Shown here piece by piece: positions 12,990 through 26,248 of a stretch of DNA of 64,000 nucleotides. This DNA is from Heterodontus francisci (taxonomy: Eukaryota), in assembly GCF_036365525.1 (NCBI RefSeq), contig NC_090403.1, forward strand, positions 42,657,095 through 42,721,094, read 5' to 3'. Position 1 is the first letter of the stretch, and each line of letters begins with the position of its first letter. Both the position numbers and the translations under genes were made by a program. Under the pieces are notes generated by a model. It was not told where the DNA came from. It saw nothing but the letters and a program-made list of their open reading frames with translations, and ran no database searches.

Positions 12990-13341
12990 TTATTTTTATT
13001 TTATTTAGAGATACAGCACTGAAACAGGCCCTTCGGCCCACCGAGTCTGTGCCGACCATCAACCACCCATTTATACTAATCCTACACTAATTCCATATTC
13101 CTACCACATCCCCACCTGTCCCTATATTCCCCTACCACCTACCTATACTAGCGGCAATTTATAATGGCCAATTTACATATCAACCTGCAAGTCTTTGGCA
13201 TGTGGGAGGAAACCAGAGCACCCGGAGGAAACCCACACAGACACAGGGAGAACTTGCAAACTCCACACAAGCAGTACCCAGAATTGAACCCAGGTCGCTG
13301 GAGCTGTGAGGCTGCGGTGCTAACCACTGCGCCACTGTGCC
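12990..13341 (-). mobile_element. V-domain tRNA SINE (HE1-like)
   Basis: Reverse complement of 72-425. Confidence 0.85.
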
Positions 13342-13688
13342 AATGGAGGGGTTTAAATGTGGGCGCAGAATAGAGCTCAGGTGTGATGTCCTACATGGCA
13401 TAATATAACCCCAGCACAGAATCAACACACGCAGAGGGGCAAGAGGAGGGGGAAATAGATGGGGAAATAAATGGGGGAAATAGAGGAGGATGGGAATGAA
13501 GGGAGAAAACGGGAGGAAGGATAGAGGATAGAAGGAAATTAAAGCGGGGGGGCCAATAAAGACCTGGGGATGGAAGACGGCCCGGGGAGATTTTAAAAAC
13601 CGGTACTTTACCACCATCTTATATTTTGAAACAATACACTTTAAAGAGAATTGACCATGTTGACAATGGAATACAAAGGAAAACATAC

Positions 13689-13740
13689 CAGAAGATCGCC
13701 TGCACTCTACAGGTTACAAACTATTATATTAAAATAACCA
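13689..13740 (-). other. IFI35: Probable IFI35 non-coding first exon (5' end uncertain)
   Basis: Donor CTG|gtatgt at 13689, immediately downstream of a triple-GAAA ISRE. Confidence 0.55.
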
Positions 13741-13748
13741 TCGTCAAC

Positions 13749-13766
13749 ACTTTCACTTTCGTTTCT
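13749..13766 (-). promoter_or_regulatory. ISRE / IRF element
   Basis: AGAAACGAAAGTGAAAGT (three GAAA cores at 6-nt period) upstream of IFI35. Confidence 0.8.
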
Positions 13767-14107
13767 TCGGTAAAGACATTGAAACTATTGTCGCTTCGTA
13801 TTGTCTTTCTCCCCCAAAATTAAATTCGCCAATTAAAATTTACTGCTGAACACAAGATTCCACCCCCCTCAAGATGAAAAATTAAAATTAATTCTCTTTT
13901 CTAACAACTGGAAAGCTGTCACTTCCGCATTTTCCTCGTGTAGATATTGCCTACTACATAAATAAAATACACTAAATACAACATTTCTGCCATGCACTTC
14001 ATTATCAATGAGTCGAGGGGGAAAGAGGACCCCGGTATCTTACCCTAAACCAACCTTCAGCACTGCCAGTTCCCAGATCCTGCTCTTCACAGAACCACGT
14101 CCCTCAT

Positions 14108-14121
14108 GGGAAAGTGAAACT
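14108..14121 (+). promoter_or_regulatory. Second ISRE
   Basis: GGGAAAGTGAAACT matches the GAAANNGAAACT consensus. Confidence 0.65.
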
Positions 14122-14654
14122 CATTAACCCCTTGTGTTGTAGCAGTGCAGCAAAAAGTCCTAGCGCCCAAAGCGAAAGGCCAAACCTCTACATGCTCTAT
14201 CGTATAAAGGCACTACTGATATTACACCATCTCGCTCATCAGTAACAATGACTCCTCAAAACCCCCTCACGGTCACTTCTTGTGTTCAAAATCATGGAGA
14301 GTGCAGATAGAGTAAATAACGAAAATCTGCAAGGGTCAGCACCAGAGGCATAGTTTTAACGTGATCAGCAAAAAGAATCAGAGGTGAAATGAGAAACATC
14401 AGATCAGGAGTAGGCCATTTAGCCCCTCACACCATTCTGTGGTTGATCTGCAACCTAATTCCATTTACCCATCTTTGCCCCATATCCCTTAATACCTTGG
14501 TTAACAAATATGTATCAATCACAGATTTAAAATTTACTATTGATCTACTATCAATTGCTGTTTGCCGAGGAAAAACCCAACAAGTGACGAGGATTTCGAT
14601 GGGCTTTGGATACAGTTTCATTAGGAATCTTCAAAAGGAAATTGGATTAATACT

Positions 14655-17600
14655 TTTTTAAAATTCATTTATCGGATGTGGGTGTCACTGGCTATGCCAG
14701 CATTTATTGCCCATCCCTAATTGCCCTTGAGAAGATGGTGGTGAGCTGCCTTCTTGAACCACTGCAGTCCATTTGGGGTAGGTATACCCACAGTGCTGTT
14801 AGGAAGGGAGTTCCAGGATTTTGACCCAGCGACAGTGAAGGAACAGTGATATAGTTCCAAGTCAGGATGGTGTGTGACTTGGAGGGGAATTTGCAGGTGG
14901 TGGTGTTCCCATGTATTTGCTGCCCTTATCCTTCTAGTTGGTAGAGGTCGTGGGTTTGGAAGGTGCTGTCTAAGGAATCTTGGTGCATTGCTGCAGTGCA
15001 TCTTGTAGATGGTACACACTGCTGCCACTGTGCGTTGGTGGTGGAGGGCGTGAATGTTTGTAGATGGGGTGCCAATCAAGCGGGCTGCATTGTCCTGGAT
15101 GGTGTTGAGCTTCTTGAGTGTTGTTGGAGCTGCACCCATCCAGGCAAGTGGAGGGTATTCCATCACACTCCTGACTTGTGCCTTGTAGATGGTGGACAGG
15201 CTTTGGGGAGTCAGGAGGTGAGTTACTCGCTTCAGGATTCCTAGCCTCTGACCTGCTCTTGTAGCCACGTTATTATATATGGTTATTCCAGTTTAGCTTC
15301 TGATCAATGGTAGCCCCTAGGATGTTGAATGTGGGGGATTCAGCGATGGTAATGCTGTTGAATGTCAAGGAGAGATGGTTAGATTTTCTCTTGTTGGAGA
15401 TGGTCATTGCCTGGCACTTGTGTGGCGCGAATGTTACTTGCCACTTATCAGCCCAAGCCTGGATATTGTCCAGGTCTTGCTGCATTTCTACATGGACTGC
15501 TTCAGTATCTTAGGTGTCATGAATGGTGCTGAACATTGTGCAATCATCAGCGAACATCCGCACTTCTGACCTCATGATTGAAGGAAGGACGTTGATGAAG
15601 CAGCTGAAGATGGTTGGGACTAGGACACTACCCTGAGGAACTCTTGCAGTGATGTCCTGGAGCTCAGATGATTGACCGCCAACAACCACAACCATCTTCC
15701 TTTGCGCTAGGTATGACTCCAGCCAGCGGAGGGTTTTCCCCCTGATTCCCATTGACCTCAGTTTTGCTAGGGCTCCTTGATGCCATACTCGGTCAAATGC
15801 TTCCTTGATGTCAAGGGCAGTCACTCTCACCTCACCTCTTGAGTTCAGTTCTTTTGTCCATGTTTGAACCAAGGCTGTAATGAGGTCAGGAGCTGAGTGG
15901 CCCTGGCGGAACCTAAACTGTGCGTCACTGAGCAGGTTATTGCTACGCTAGTGCCGCTTGATGGCACTGTTGATGACACCTTCCATCACTTTACTGATGA
16001 TTGAGAGTAGACTGATGGGGTGGTAATTGACCAGGTTGGACTTGTTCTGCTTTTTGTGTACAGGACATACCTGGGCAATTTTCCTCTTTGCAGGGTAGAT
16101 GCCAGTGTTGTAGTTGTACTGGAACAACTTGGCTAGGGGCACAGCAAGTTCTGGAGCACGGCAAGCTCTGGAGCACAGGTCTCCAGTACTATTGCCGGAA
16201 TATTGTCAGGGCCCATAGCTTTTGCAGTAACCAGTGCCTTCAGTCGTTTCTTGATATCACGCGGAGTGAATCGAATTGGCTGAAACCTGGCATCTGTGAT
16301 GCTGGACACTTCAGGAGGAGGCCAAGATGGATCATCAATTCAGCATTTCTGGCTGACGATTGTTGCAAATGCTTCAGCCTTATCTTTCGCACTGATGTGC
16401 TGGGCTCCCCCATCATTGAGGATGGGGATATTTGTGGAGCCACCTCCTCCGGTTAGTTGTTTAATTGTCCACCACCATTCACGGCTGGATGTGGCAGGAC
16501 CGCAGAGCTTAGATCTGATCCAATGGTTATGGGATCGCTTAGCTCTGTCTATCGCATGCTGCTTACACAATTTGGCACGCCCCTGTGTTGTAGCTTCACC
16601 AGGTTGACACCTCATTTTGATGTATGCCTGGTGCTGCTCCTGGCATGCCCTCCAGCACTCTTCATTGAACCAGGGTTGGTCTCCTGGCTTGATGGTAATG
16701 GTAGAGTGGGGGATATGCCGGGCCATGAGGTTACAGATTGTGGTTGAGTACAATTCTGCTGCTGCTGATGGCCCACAGCGCCTCATGGAAGCCCAGTTTT
16801 GCATTGCTCGATCTGTTTGAAATCTATCCCATTTAGCACTGTGATAGTGCCACACAACATGATGGACGGTATCCTCAATGTGAAGGCGGACTTCGTCTCC
16901 ACAAGGACTGTGCGGTGGTCACTCCTACCAATACAGTCATGGACAGAAGCATCTGCAGCAGGCAGATTGGTGAGGACAAGGTCAAGTATGCTTATCCCTC
17001 GTGTTGGTTCCCCCACCAACTGCCGCAGACCCAGTCTAGCAGCTATGTCCTTTAGGACTCGGCCAGCTAAGTCAGTAGTGGTGCTACCGAGTCACTCTTG
17101 GTAATGGACATTGACGTCCCACACCCAGAGTACATTTTGTGCCCTTGCCACCCTCAGTGCTTCCTCCAATGGTGTTCAACATGGTGGGGTACTGCGTCAT
17201 CAGCTGAGGGTGGGCGGTAGGTGGTAATCAGTAGGAGGTTACCTTGCCCATGTTTGACCTAATGCCATGAGACTTCATGGAGTCCGGAGTCGATGTTGAG
17301 GACTCCCAGGGCAACTCCCTCCCTACTGTATACCACTGTGCCACCACCTCTGGTGGGTCTGTCCTGCCGCTGGGACAGGACATAGCCGGGGATGGTGATG
17401 GCAGTGTCTGGGACATTGTCTGTAAGGTATGATTCCGTGAGTATGACTATGTCAGGCTGTTGCTTGACTAGTCTGTGGGACAGCTCTCCCAACTATGGCA
17501 CAAGCCCCCAGATGTTAGCAAGGAGGACTTTGCAGGGTCGACAGGGCTGGGTTTGCCATTGTCGTTTCCAGTGCCTAGGTCGATGCCGGGTGGTCCGTCC

Positions 17601-17960
17601 GGTTTCGTTCCTTTTTATTGACTTCGTAGTGGTTAGATACAACTGAGTGGCATGCTAGACCATTTCAGAGGGCATTCAAGTGTCAACCACATTGCTGTGG
17701 GTCTGGAGTCACATGTAGGCCACACCAGGTAAGGACAGCAGATTTCCTTCCCTAAAGGACATTAGTGAACCAGATGGGTTTTTACAACAATCGACAATGG
17801 TTTCATGGCCATCATTAGACTAGCTTTTAATTCCAGATTTATTAATTAAATTCAAATTACACCTTCTGCTGTGGTGGGATTCAAACCCATGTCCCCAGAG
17901 AAATACCCTGGGTCTCTGGGTTACTAGTCCCGTGATAATACCACTATGCCACCGCCTACC
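14655..17960 (-). mobile_element. Near full-length CR1-clade LINE: tRNA-like head, APE endonuclease and RT (frameshifted), no ORF1
   Basis: QQPDIVILTESYL, RGGG, LDLVLTN, SDH (APE); ALDIKEAFDRVWH, VPQGSVL, FADD (RT); A/B boxes at 17951-17876. Confidence 0.88.
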
Positions 17961-17961
17961 C

Positions 17962-18210
17962 TTCTGGTCAGTTATTCTTTGTGACCCTCTGTCCTATCGA
18001 CACCTTCCTTTTTGTTATCTCTTGCCCCACCCCCCACTTTATTTGCTTAAAACCTTTTACATTTCTAATATCTGCCAGTTCTGATGAAGGGTCACTGACC
18101 TGAAACATTAACTCTGCTTCTCTCTCCACAGATGCTGCCAGAACTGCTGAGTATTTCCAGCAATTCTTGTTTTTATTTCAGATTTCCAGCATCTGCAGTG
18201 TTTTGCTTTT
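17962..18210 (+). mobile_element. Penelope-like element terminal repeat fragment with minimal hammerhead motif (18077-18113)
   Basis: AGTT CTGATGA AGGGTC ACT GACCT GAAAC ATT AACT followed by ACAGATGCTGCCAGA..TGCTGAGTATTTCCAGC, shared with 27478 and 63196 copies. Confidence 0.7.
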
Positions 18211-19304
18211 ATATCAGTAAATCTCCTCTGAACCACCTCCCATGTGTTTACATCCTTCCTTAAATAAGGAGGTCAAAATTGCATACAGTATTCAAGATGT
18301 CATCTCACCGATGCCCTGTATAACTAAGCATAACATCCTTACTTTTATTTGCAATTCCTTTCGTAATAAAGGATAGCATTGCATTAGCCTTCTTCATGAC
18401 TTGCTGTGCCTACTAACTTTTTGAGACTCATGCACTAGAACACCTCGATCCCTCTGCACCTCGGAATTCTGCAGTCGTTCTCCATTTAAGTAATACTCTG
18501 CTTTTTTATTCTTCCTGCCAAAGTGAACAACTTCACATTTTCTCACATTATACTCCATCTGTCAGATTTTTGCCCACTCATTCAACCTATCTATATTGGT
18601 CTGCAACCTCCTTAAGTCTTCTTCACAACGTACTTTCCTACCTATCTTTGTGTCATCTGCAAATTTAGCTACCATTCCATTGTTCCCCTCATCTAAGTCA
18701 TTGATATGAATTGTAAAAAGTTGAGGCCCCAGCACAGACCCCTGCGGGATGCCACTCGCCACATCCTGCCAATCAGAAAAGGACCCATTTATGCATACTT
18801 TGTTTTCTGCCAGCCAGCCAATCTTCTATCCATGCTAATGTTACCCCCTACACCATGAGCTCCTACTTTGCGCAATAACCTTTTATGTGGCACCTTGTCA
18901 AATGCCTTCTGGAAGTCCAAGTTTAGTACGTCGATGGGCTCCCCTTTATCCACAGCGAATGTTACTCCTTCAAAGGACTCCAATAAATTGGCTAAACCCT
19001 TTGACAAAACCATGCTACTATTCCCAATTACTTTGTGTTTTTCTAAGTGCCCAGCTATAGCCTCGTTAATGATCAATTCTAAAACCTTCCCCACAACAGA
19101 TGTCCTGTTACCTGTTTTCTGCCTTCCCCTCCCTCTTTAATAGTGGGGTTATATTTGCTACTTTCCAATTTGATGGAACCTTTCCCGAATCTAGCGAATT
19201 TTGAAAAATTAACAACGCATTTACTACCTGATTAGCCACCTCTTTTAAGACCCTAGAATGAAGCCTAATAGGACCCAGGGACTGGTCAGCTTGCAGCTCC
19301 ATTA

Positions 19305-19641
19305 GTTTATTTATTTAGAGATACAGCACTGAAACAGGCCCTTCAGCCCACCGAGTCTGTGCCGACCACCACCCATTTATACAAATCCTACATTAACCCC
19401 ATATTCTCTGCCACATCCCCACCATTCTCCTACCACCTACCTACACTAGGGGCAATTTACAATGGCCAATTTACCTATCAACCTGCAAGTCTTTGGAGGT
19501 GGGAGGAAACCGGAGCACCCGGCGGAAACCCACGCAGACACAGGGAGAACTTGCAAACTCCGCACAGGCAGTACCCAGAATCGAACCCAGGTCGCTGGAG
19601 CTGTGAGGCTACAGTGCTAACCACTGCGCCACTGTGCCGCC
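19305..19641 (-). mobile_element. V-domain tRNA SINE nested in CR1
   Basis: Same family as 72-425; interrupts CR1 ORF2. Confidence 0.85.
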
Positions 19642-21984
19642 CACTGCGCTCAGTACTGCTTCCCTGGTGATTGTAATTTCACCAAGTTCTTCTCTTCCTT
19701 CCACCTCCTGATTTACAGCTATTACTGGAATATTTTTGTAACCTCTGTAGTGAAGGCAGAAGCAAAATATTTGTTCATCTGCCATTTCCTTATTATCTAC
19801 TATTAACTCTCCATTCTCAGTCTCTAGAGGACCAACACTCACTTTACTTACTCATTTCCTTTTTAAAAAAACCTGTAGAAACTCTTGCTATCTTTTTTAC
19901 ATTTCTAGCTAGCTTCCTCTCATCTCTGATTTCTTTCTCCTGATTAACCTTTTAGTCATTCTCTGCTGTTCTTTATCTTCTGACCACTCATCTGACCTGC
20001 CACTCATCTTTGTGCAATTATATGCTTTTTCCTTAAGTTTGCTGCTTTCCTTAACTTCTTTAGTTCGTATAAAGTGGAGTTGAGGCCGAGATGAGATCAG
20101 CCATGATTGTATTGAATGGCGGAGCAGGCTCGAGGGGCTGAATTGCCTACTCCTGCTCCGAGTTCTTATGCTCTTACCACAGATAGTGGGTCTCTCCTTA
20201 GAATTTTTCTTTATAGTAGGAATATACTTATTGAGTATTCTGAAATATACCCTTAAATATCCGCCACTGCTTCTCTATTGATCTATCTCCTAGCCTAGTA
20301 ACCCAGTTCACCTCAGCTAGCTCAAGCTTTCATGCCCACATAGTTGCCCTTATTTAAGTTTAAAATACTAGTCTTAGACCCACTCTTCTTTCAAACTGGA
20401 TGTAAAATTCAATCATATTGTAGTCGCTGCTACCTAGAGGTGCCTTTACTCTGAGATCATGAATTAATCCTGTCACATTGCATGATACCAAGTTCAATAT
20501 AACCTGCTCTCTGGTTGGTTCCGGATTTGCTGTTCTAAGAAACTATCTCAAAAGCATTCTATGAACTCCTCATTCAGGCTACTATTGCCAATCTGATTTT
20601 CCCAGTTTATATTGAGATTAAAATCACCTATGATTATTGGCATCCCTTTATCACAAGCACCCAATATTTCTTCTTGTATACTTCATCCTACATTGTGGTT
20701 ACTGTTAGAGGGCCTGCAGACCTCTCCCACTAGTGACTTCTTTCCCCTAGCATTCCTCAACTCCACCCAAACAGATTCTACATCCTGATCTCCTGAACCA
20801 AGGTCATCTCTAACTATTGCACCAATGCCACCCTTGATTAACTGTGCTACCCCACCGCCTTTACCTAGTTTCTTATTCTTCTTGATGTCATATACACCTC
20901 AATATTCAGGACCCAATCCTTGTCATCTTGCAGCCACGTCTCCGTAATGGCTATCAGATCATATTTATTTACTTCAATGTGCACTATCAGTTCATCTACT
21001 TTGTTATGAATGCTATGTGCTTTCAGATAGAGACTTTAGTTTTGGCTTTTTGTTATCTTTGAAACATCTAGTCTTGACTGTTGGTGCATTCCGAGGTTTT
21101 TTTTTCCTCTCTGTCCCTTCCTGTCATTCATTTCCCATATTACTATTCTGCACTCCTGCCTTGACTCTACCCCTTGATTTGCTACATCTACCCAAGCTTG
21201 ATACCGGACTGCCCTTGTTTAGTTTAAAGCCCTCTCTACTTCCCTAGTAATACAGTTTGCTAGAATACTGGTCCCAGCACAGTTCAGGTACAAACCATCC
21301 CAACGGTACAGCCCCCATATGCCCCAGTACTGGTGCCAGTGCCCTACGAATCAAAACCCGCTTCTCTCACACCAATCTTTGAGCCACATATTCATTTCAC
21401 TAACCTTATTTGCCCTCTGCCAATCAGCATGTTGCTCAGGTAATAATCCAGAGATTATTACCCTTAAAGTTCTGTACTTCAATTTGTTGCCTAGCTCTTC
21501 ATACAGTGTAAGCAGAACCTCTTTCCTAGTCCTGCCTATGTTGTTGGTACCTACATGGACCACGACAACTGGATCCTCCCCACCCACCTCAAGTTCCTGT
21601 CCAGCCGAGCAGATGTCCCGAACCCTGGCACCGGGCAGGCAACGCAGCCTTCTGGACTCACGCTCTCGGCTGCACAGAACAGTGTCAATCCTCCTCATTA
21701 TACTATCCCCTATTACCACTACATTCCTCTTTGCTCCCCCAACTTGAATGATTTCCTGTAACACAGTGCCATGGCCAGTTTGCTTATCCACCTTGCAGGC
21801 CTCGCTTTCGTCCACAGATTGAGAGCACCTCAAACCTGTTTGACAATTGCAAAGTTCACTACTGTCAGCTCAGTCCCTTTACCTGCCTAACTCACGGTCA
21901 CATCCTCCTGTCCCTTACTGCTGAACAGAACACCCTGTTCTATGAGGTGAGACCGTCTTCTGGAACGAAGTGTCCGGGTAATTA

Positions 21985-22745
21985 ACAAATGTGAGGTAAT
22001 GCACTTTGGAAGGTCTAATGCAGGTGGGAAGTATACAGTAAATGGCAGAACCCTTAGGAGTATTGACAGGCAGAGAGATCTGGACGTACAGGTCCACAGG
22101 TCACTGAAAGTGGCAACGCAGATGGATAAGATAGTCAAGAAGGCATACGGCATGCTTGCCTTCATCAGTCGGGGCATAGAGTATAAAAATTGGCAAGTCA
22201 TGCTGCAGCTGTACAGAACTTTAGTTAGGCCACACTTAGAATATTGTGTGCAATTCTGGTCGCCACACTATCAGAAGGATGTGGAGGCTTTGGAGAGGGT
22301 ACAGAAGAGGTTTACCAGGATGTTGCCTGGTCTGGAGGGCATTAGCTATGAGGAGAGGTTGGATAAACTCGGATTGTTTTCCCTGGAACGACGGAAGTGG
22401 AGGGGTTTACAAAGTTATGCGCAGCATGGACAGAGTGGATAGTCAGAAGCTTTTTCCCAGGGTGGAAGAGTCAGTTACTAGGGGACATAGGTTTAAGGTG
22501 CAAGGGGCAAAGTTTAGAGGGGATTACACAGAGGGTGGTGAGTGCCTGGAACTTGCTGCCGGGGGAGGTGGTGGAAGCAGGTGCGATAGCGACATTTAAG
22601 AGGCATCTTGGCAAATACATGAATAGGATGGGAATAGAGGGATACGGTCCCCGGAAGTGCAGAAGGTTTTAGTTTAGGCAGGCATCAAGATTGGCCAGGC
22701 TTGGAGGGCCGGATGGCCTGTTCCTGTGCTGTACCTGTTCTTTGT
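21985..22745 (+). mobile_element. CR1 3' fragment nested in opposite orientation inside CR1 ORF1
   Basis: LYRTLVRPHLEYCVQFWSPHYQKDVEALERVQKRFTRMLPGL. Confidence 0.88.
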
Positions 22746-24249
22746 ATTTCTCCCCCTCCCTTATGTTGCACAGTGTTAATCCTGATCCTGAATTCCTCTA
22801 GCTGCTTACACTTTCTGATGTTTGTGTCCCGGATTGCCTTAGCATCCAGGAGCTCCCACATACCACAGCTGCAATATTATACCTGTCCTGCCAGTATTAC
22901 TGATGCTATTAGCTAGTTTACTTTATAATTAACTTATAGTAAATTCTACTATACATAGGAATTATTCTGTTTATTAAATGCTAGTACCACTTAAAATTAA
23001 AGTTATACTTTTCTTAATTACACAGCTATGTGTTTTAGGTATTTATTTTAATTATTTTATATTTTATTTAAGACGACTGGTATTTTAGCTTCTACTTAGT
23101 AGATAGACTTAAATGTTGAGAGAAAATAAAAATCAGCAGGAAGAAAATAAAGAAAATACCCATCAGAAAACTCACCGACTAGCTCACTATCTTGGCATTC
23201 TCTTTCTCCCTTCTCGCGCTGTTTGTGGCTCTGAAGTCTCACCCAGCCAATCACCTTACCTGCTTTCCTGTGATGTCTACTTACCAAAAACTAATCTACC
23301 TTACCAATCTAAAATGTTACCAATAGTAGTAACAACCTCAGTAATAAACCTCACTGCTTCAAAAACAGAATAGATTCACCTACTTTCCCCTTCTGGCTTG
23401 TGTACCTTAATTAAATAGAAGGTAGTTACATAAATTTTAATTTTCTCATTTGTAGCTTTTACACATGCACCCTAACAATATCAAACCTATCTATTTACAG
23501 ATACTCCCTAACAGCAGTTACTCACCAGTTAATCACCTTAGCACTTTCCTGTGATGTCATTGTTCACATTTATCAATTTCAAGCGTACCTGGACTCCTGT
23601 CCGCTGCTCATCCGGTAGCTGAGTGCCCATCTTCCTGGGTCAAGGAATTTCAGGATCATCTTGCTTCATTTGAGGCACAATTCAATAGCAGTTGACAAAA
23701 AATGTAAACTTTTAACAAAAGTCACTATAGTTTGGGGTAATTGCTTTGCATTCCATCAGCAAAAATTGAAGGAATTGGCTCCTAGATGGAATATGCTTCT
23801 ACATCTGCCAGTCCTAAGTAGCTATTATTGACATGCAAACCTCATAACAGGTCCCACCCTTGACCCCCATCTTCATACATATACATTCTCCCAGATAAAT
23901 CACTGGGCATCACTCAGGATCAGAACTTCTGGCTGATTTTTCCAAGTCCTACTCCAAGGGCACTGAGACTTCTCAGCCTGCTCTGGGTGATCAGGAAACT
24001 GGGCACAGAATAAGGACCAATGTTGGAAACTTCCCAGCTTAGCTGCAATTGGTTGAACTTGCTCAATGACAGACCCAAAAAAAAGCCTCTCATTTTATTG
24101 GTATTTAGGAAACAACCAGGAAAACATCTTAAGGTTTCTCAAAGCTTAGGTTGTTCTAGCTAAAATGGCAAATAAGGATAGATTGGCATACTTTGTAAAT
24201 GGTGAACTAGGAATAATGGAAGGTCAGAGATTTAGACATCTATGTCCAT

Positions 24250-24870
24250 ATAGTGGTCAGGTACAGAAAGGCTAATGGAATGTTAGCCTTTATATCGAGA
24301 GGTCTAGAATGTAAAGGAAACGTTTCACTACAGCAATACAAAGCCCTAGGTAGACCACATCTGGAATAGTGTGGACAGTTCTGGGCACTGGATTGTAGAG
24401 GAAAAGAATGACATTGGAAAGAGTGCCTATAATGCACATTCACTACAATATTACCAGGACTCCAGGGGTTAAATTATGAGGACAGATTAAATAAACTAGG
24501 CTTCTCTGGTATAGAGAAGGTTAAGAGTTGAATTGTTAGGTGTTTTTAAGATTTTGAAAGGAATTGATAGGCGAGAGAAGCTTTCTTCCACTGGTGGTGG
24601 GTTGAGAGTGGGTGTGTAGGACAAGGATATATAACCTTAAATACTGAGCCAAGACATTCTGGTAGAAGTGTGGAACTCTCTTCCAAAAAAGCAGTAGATG
24701 CCAGATCATATGAAAATTTTACATCTCGACATTGATAGATTTGGTGAGCCAAGGGTTTTAACAAATATGGAGCCAAGGCAGGTAAATAGTTATGATACAG
24801 ATCAGCTATGATCTTATTGAATTGTGGTACAGGTTCGAGGAGCTGAACGCCCGACTATTCTTTCCAAATC
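24250..24870 (+). mobile_element. CR1 3' fragment (degraded)
   Basis: AAGGCTAATGGAATGTTAGCCTTTAT..AGACCACATCTGGA..CR1 tail. Confidence 0.7.
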
Positions 24871-24947
24871 TGAAACGAGGTTAGTCATGGCATGTAGATT
24901 AAAGAAAAACGTATGTTTAGAAGAGCTCGCTTTAGGGAAGGTTACCT

Positions 24948-25360
24948 GTCAGCTGTGGCTAATATAGCACCATCACCAAGTTAGAAAAGTTGTGGGTTCA
25001 AGTCCCGCTCCAGAGACTTCAGCACAAAATCTAGACAGGAACTCCAGTGCTGCATTGTCAGAGATGACATCAGATGAGATAAGTGTCTCACGGATGGATG
25101 TAAAAGTTTCCATAGTACTATTTTGAAGAGATGAGTTCTTGCCAGTGTCTTTGGTCAACATTTATCCCAAACTAGCATCATCCAAGTATATTTTCTGGTT
25201 ATTATTACATTGCCATTTAAGAGACGCTGCTGTTACCCCCTACATTACAACAGTGACCACACGTCAAAAATATTTCATTGACTGTAAAGCACTTTGGGAC
25301 TCCCCAGATACTTTATAAAAACTTGCCAAATGTGCTATATAAAACCAAGCCTTTCTTTTT
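24948..25360 (+). mobile_element. Deu-domain SINE (SacSINE1-like)
   Basis: GGGTTCAAGTCCC B box, CATTACAACAGTGAC, L2-like tail. Confidence 0.7.
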
Positions 25361-26248
25361 ATGTATCCCCAACTTCTCGCCTCATCATTTAAAAAAAAAA
25401 TAAAAAGTGTACTCGTAGGAATTCATTTTTCAGCTGCATTTAATGGTGGTTGTACTGTTTAAACATGTACTAGCACAGCTTGCGCTTCAAATTATAGAAT
25501 TCCTGGCTTCCAATATTCTTTGAAAAAATGTGACTCGACCAGTTGTTTCAAGGTATACGTTAATGATAACGGGAAAATTTTTCCCACCTCACCATTCCAC
25601 CAATTTTCTCCTTCCAAAGTGTTTTGATTCCTTTCTGGGATACAGTTCCACAAGCATCACATGCCCCCTAGTCTGTCAGCCAAGTGGTCATCATCCTTGT
25701 GCAAGCCTAGAAGCTTTCAGATTGTTCAACTGCAGGAGACAAAGAGCTGAAGCAGACCTGGTCACCAACCAGTGTGAACACATGCTTATAGTTTGGCTCA
25801 CTAGAACTTCAATCACACATGCTGCTTCCCAAACATAATCAGACTGTAGCTACAAACTTAAAGGTTTATTTGTGAAAAAAAAACTCCTTTCCATAATTTC
25901 CTGCTCCAATTTTTTTTCTCCAAACAGAAAACATTTTTTTATTTCTGGACTTGGCACCATTGTGCTGATTTACTGCAGTTAGGCCTTCTAGTTTACCTTT
26001 ATTCTTCAACTCAAACATATAAAGCAAAATCATGCTAACAAGGCTGTTTTGACTACATTTAGTCAGGTTAAACATGGGTTCAAATTCAAATGGATCAAAT
26101 TTGGAAAAACAGGATAGGCCTCTACAACGTGCAAGTTTTTGCCAGATATACAGCAATACTGAACACTTCAAATCAACACAATTCTATTATTCAGGCAATG
26201 TAATTTAGTCACATATCACACTAATATTCAAAACATTTTAAATGAATA

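Larger units (their letters stand above)
18215..23640 (-). mobile_element. Long decayed CR1 LINE with ORF1 (Cys motif and SGNH esterase) and ORF2; carries nested inserts
   Basis: ORF1: CSCGMWE (~22870), VVIGDSIMR..CLPGARV..VHVGTNN (21351-21833); ORF2: LDFQKAFDKVPH, GIPQGSVLGP, KFADDTK; 5' boundary uncertain. Confidence 0.85.

Noticed and set aside
13180-13686. 168-aa ORF
   Set aside because: Made of low-complexity purine/pyrimidine sequence plus a SINE in IFI35 intron 1
13724-13741. uORF MVILI* in the IFI35 leader
   Set aside because: The ATG abuts the ISRE and may lie upstream of the TSS; cannot be placed in the mRNA
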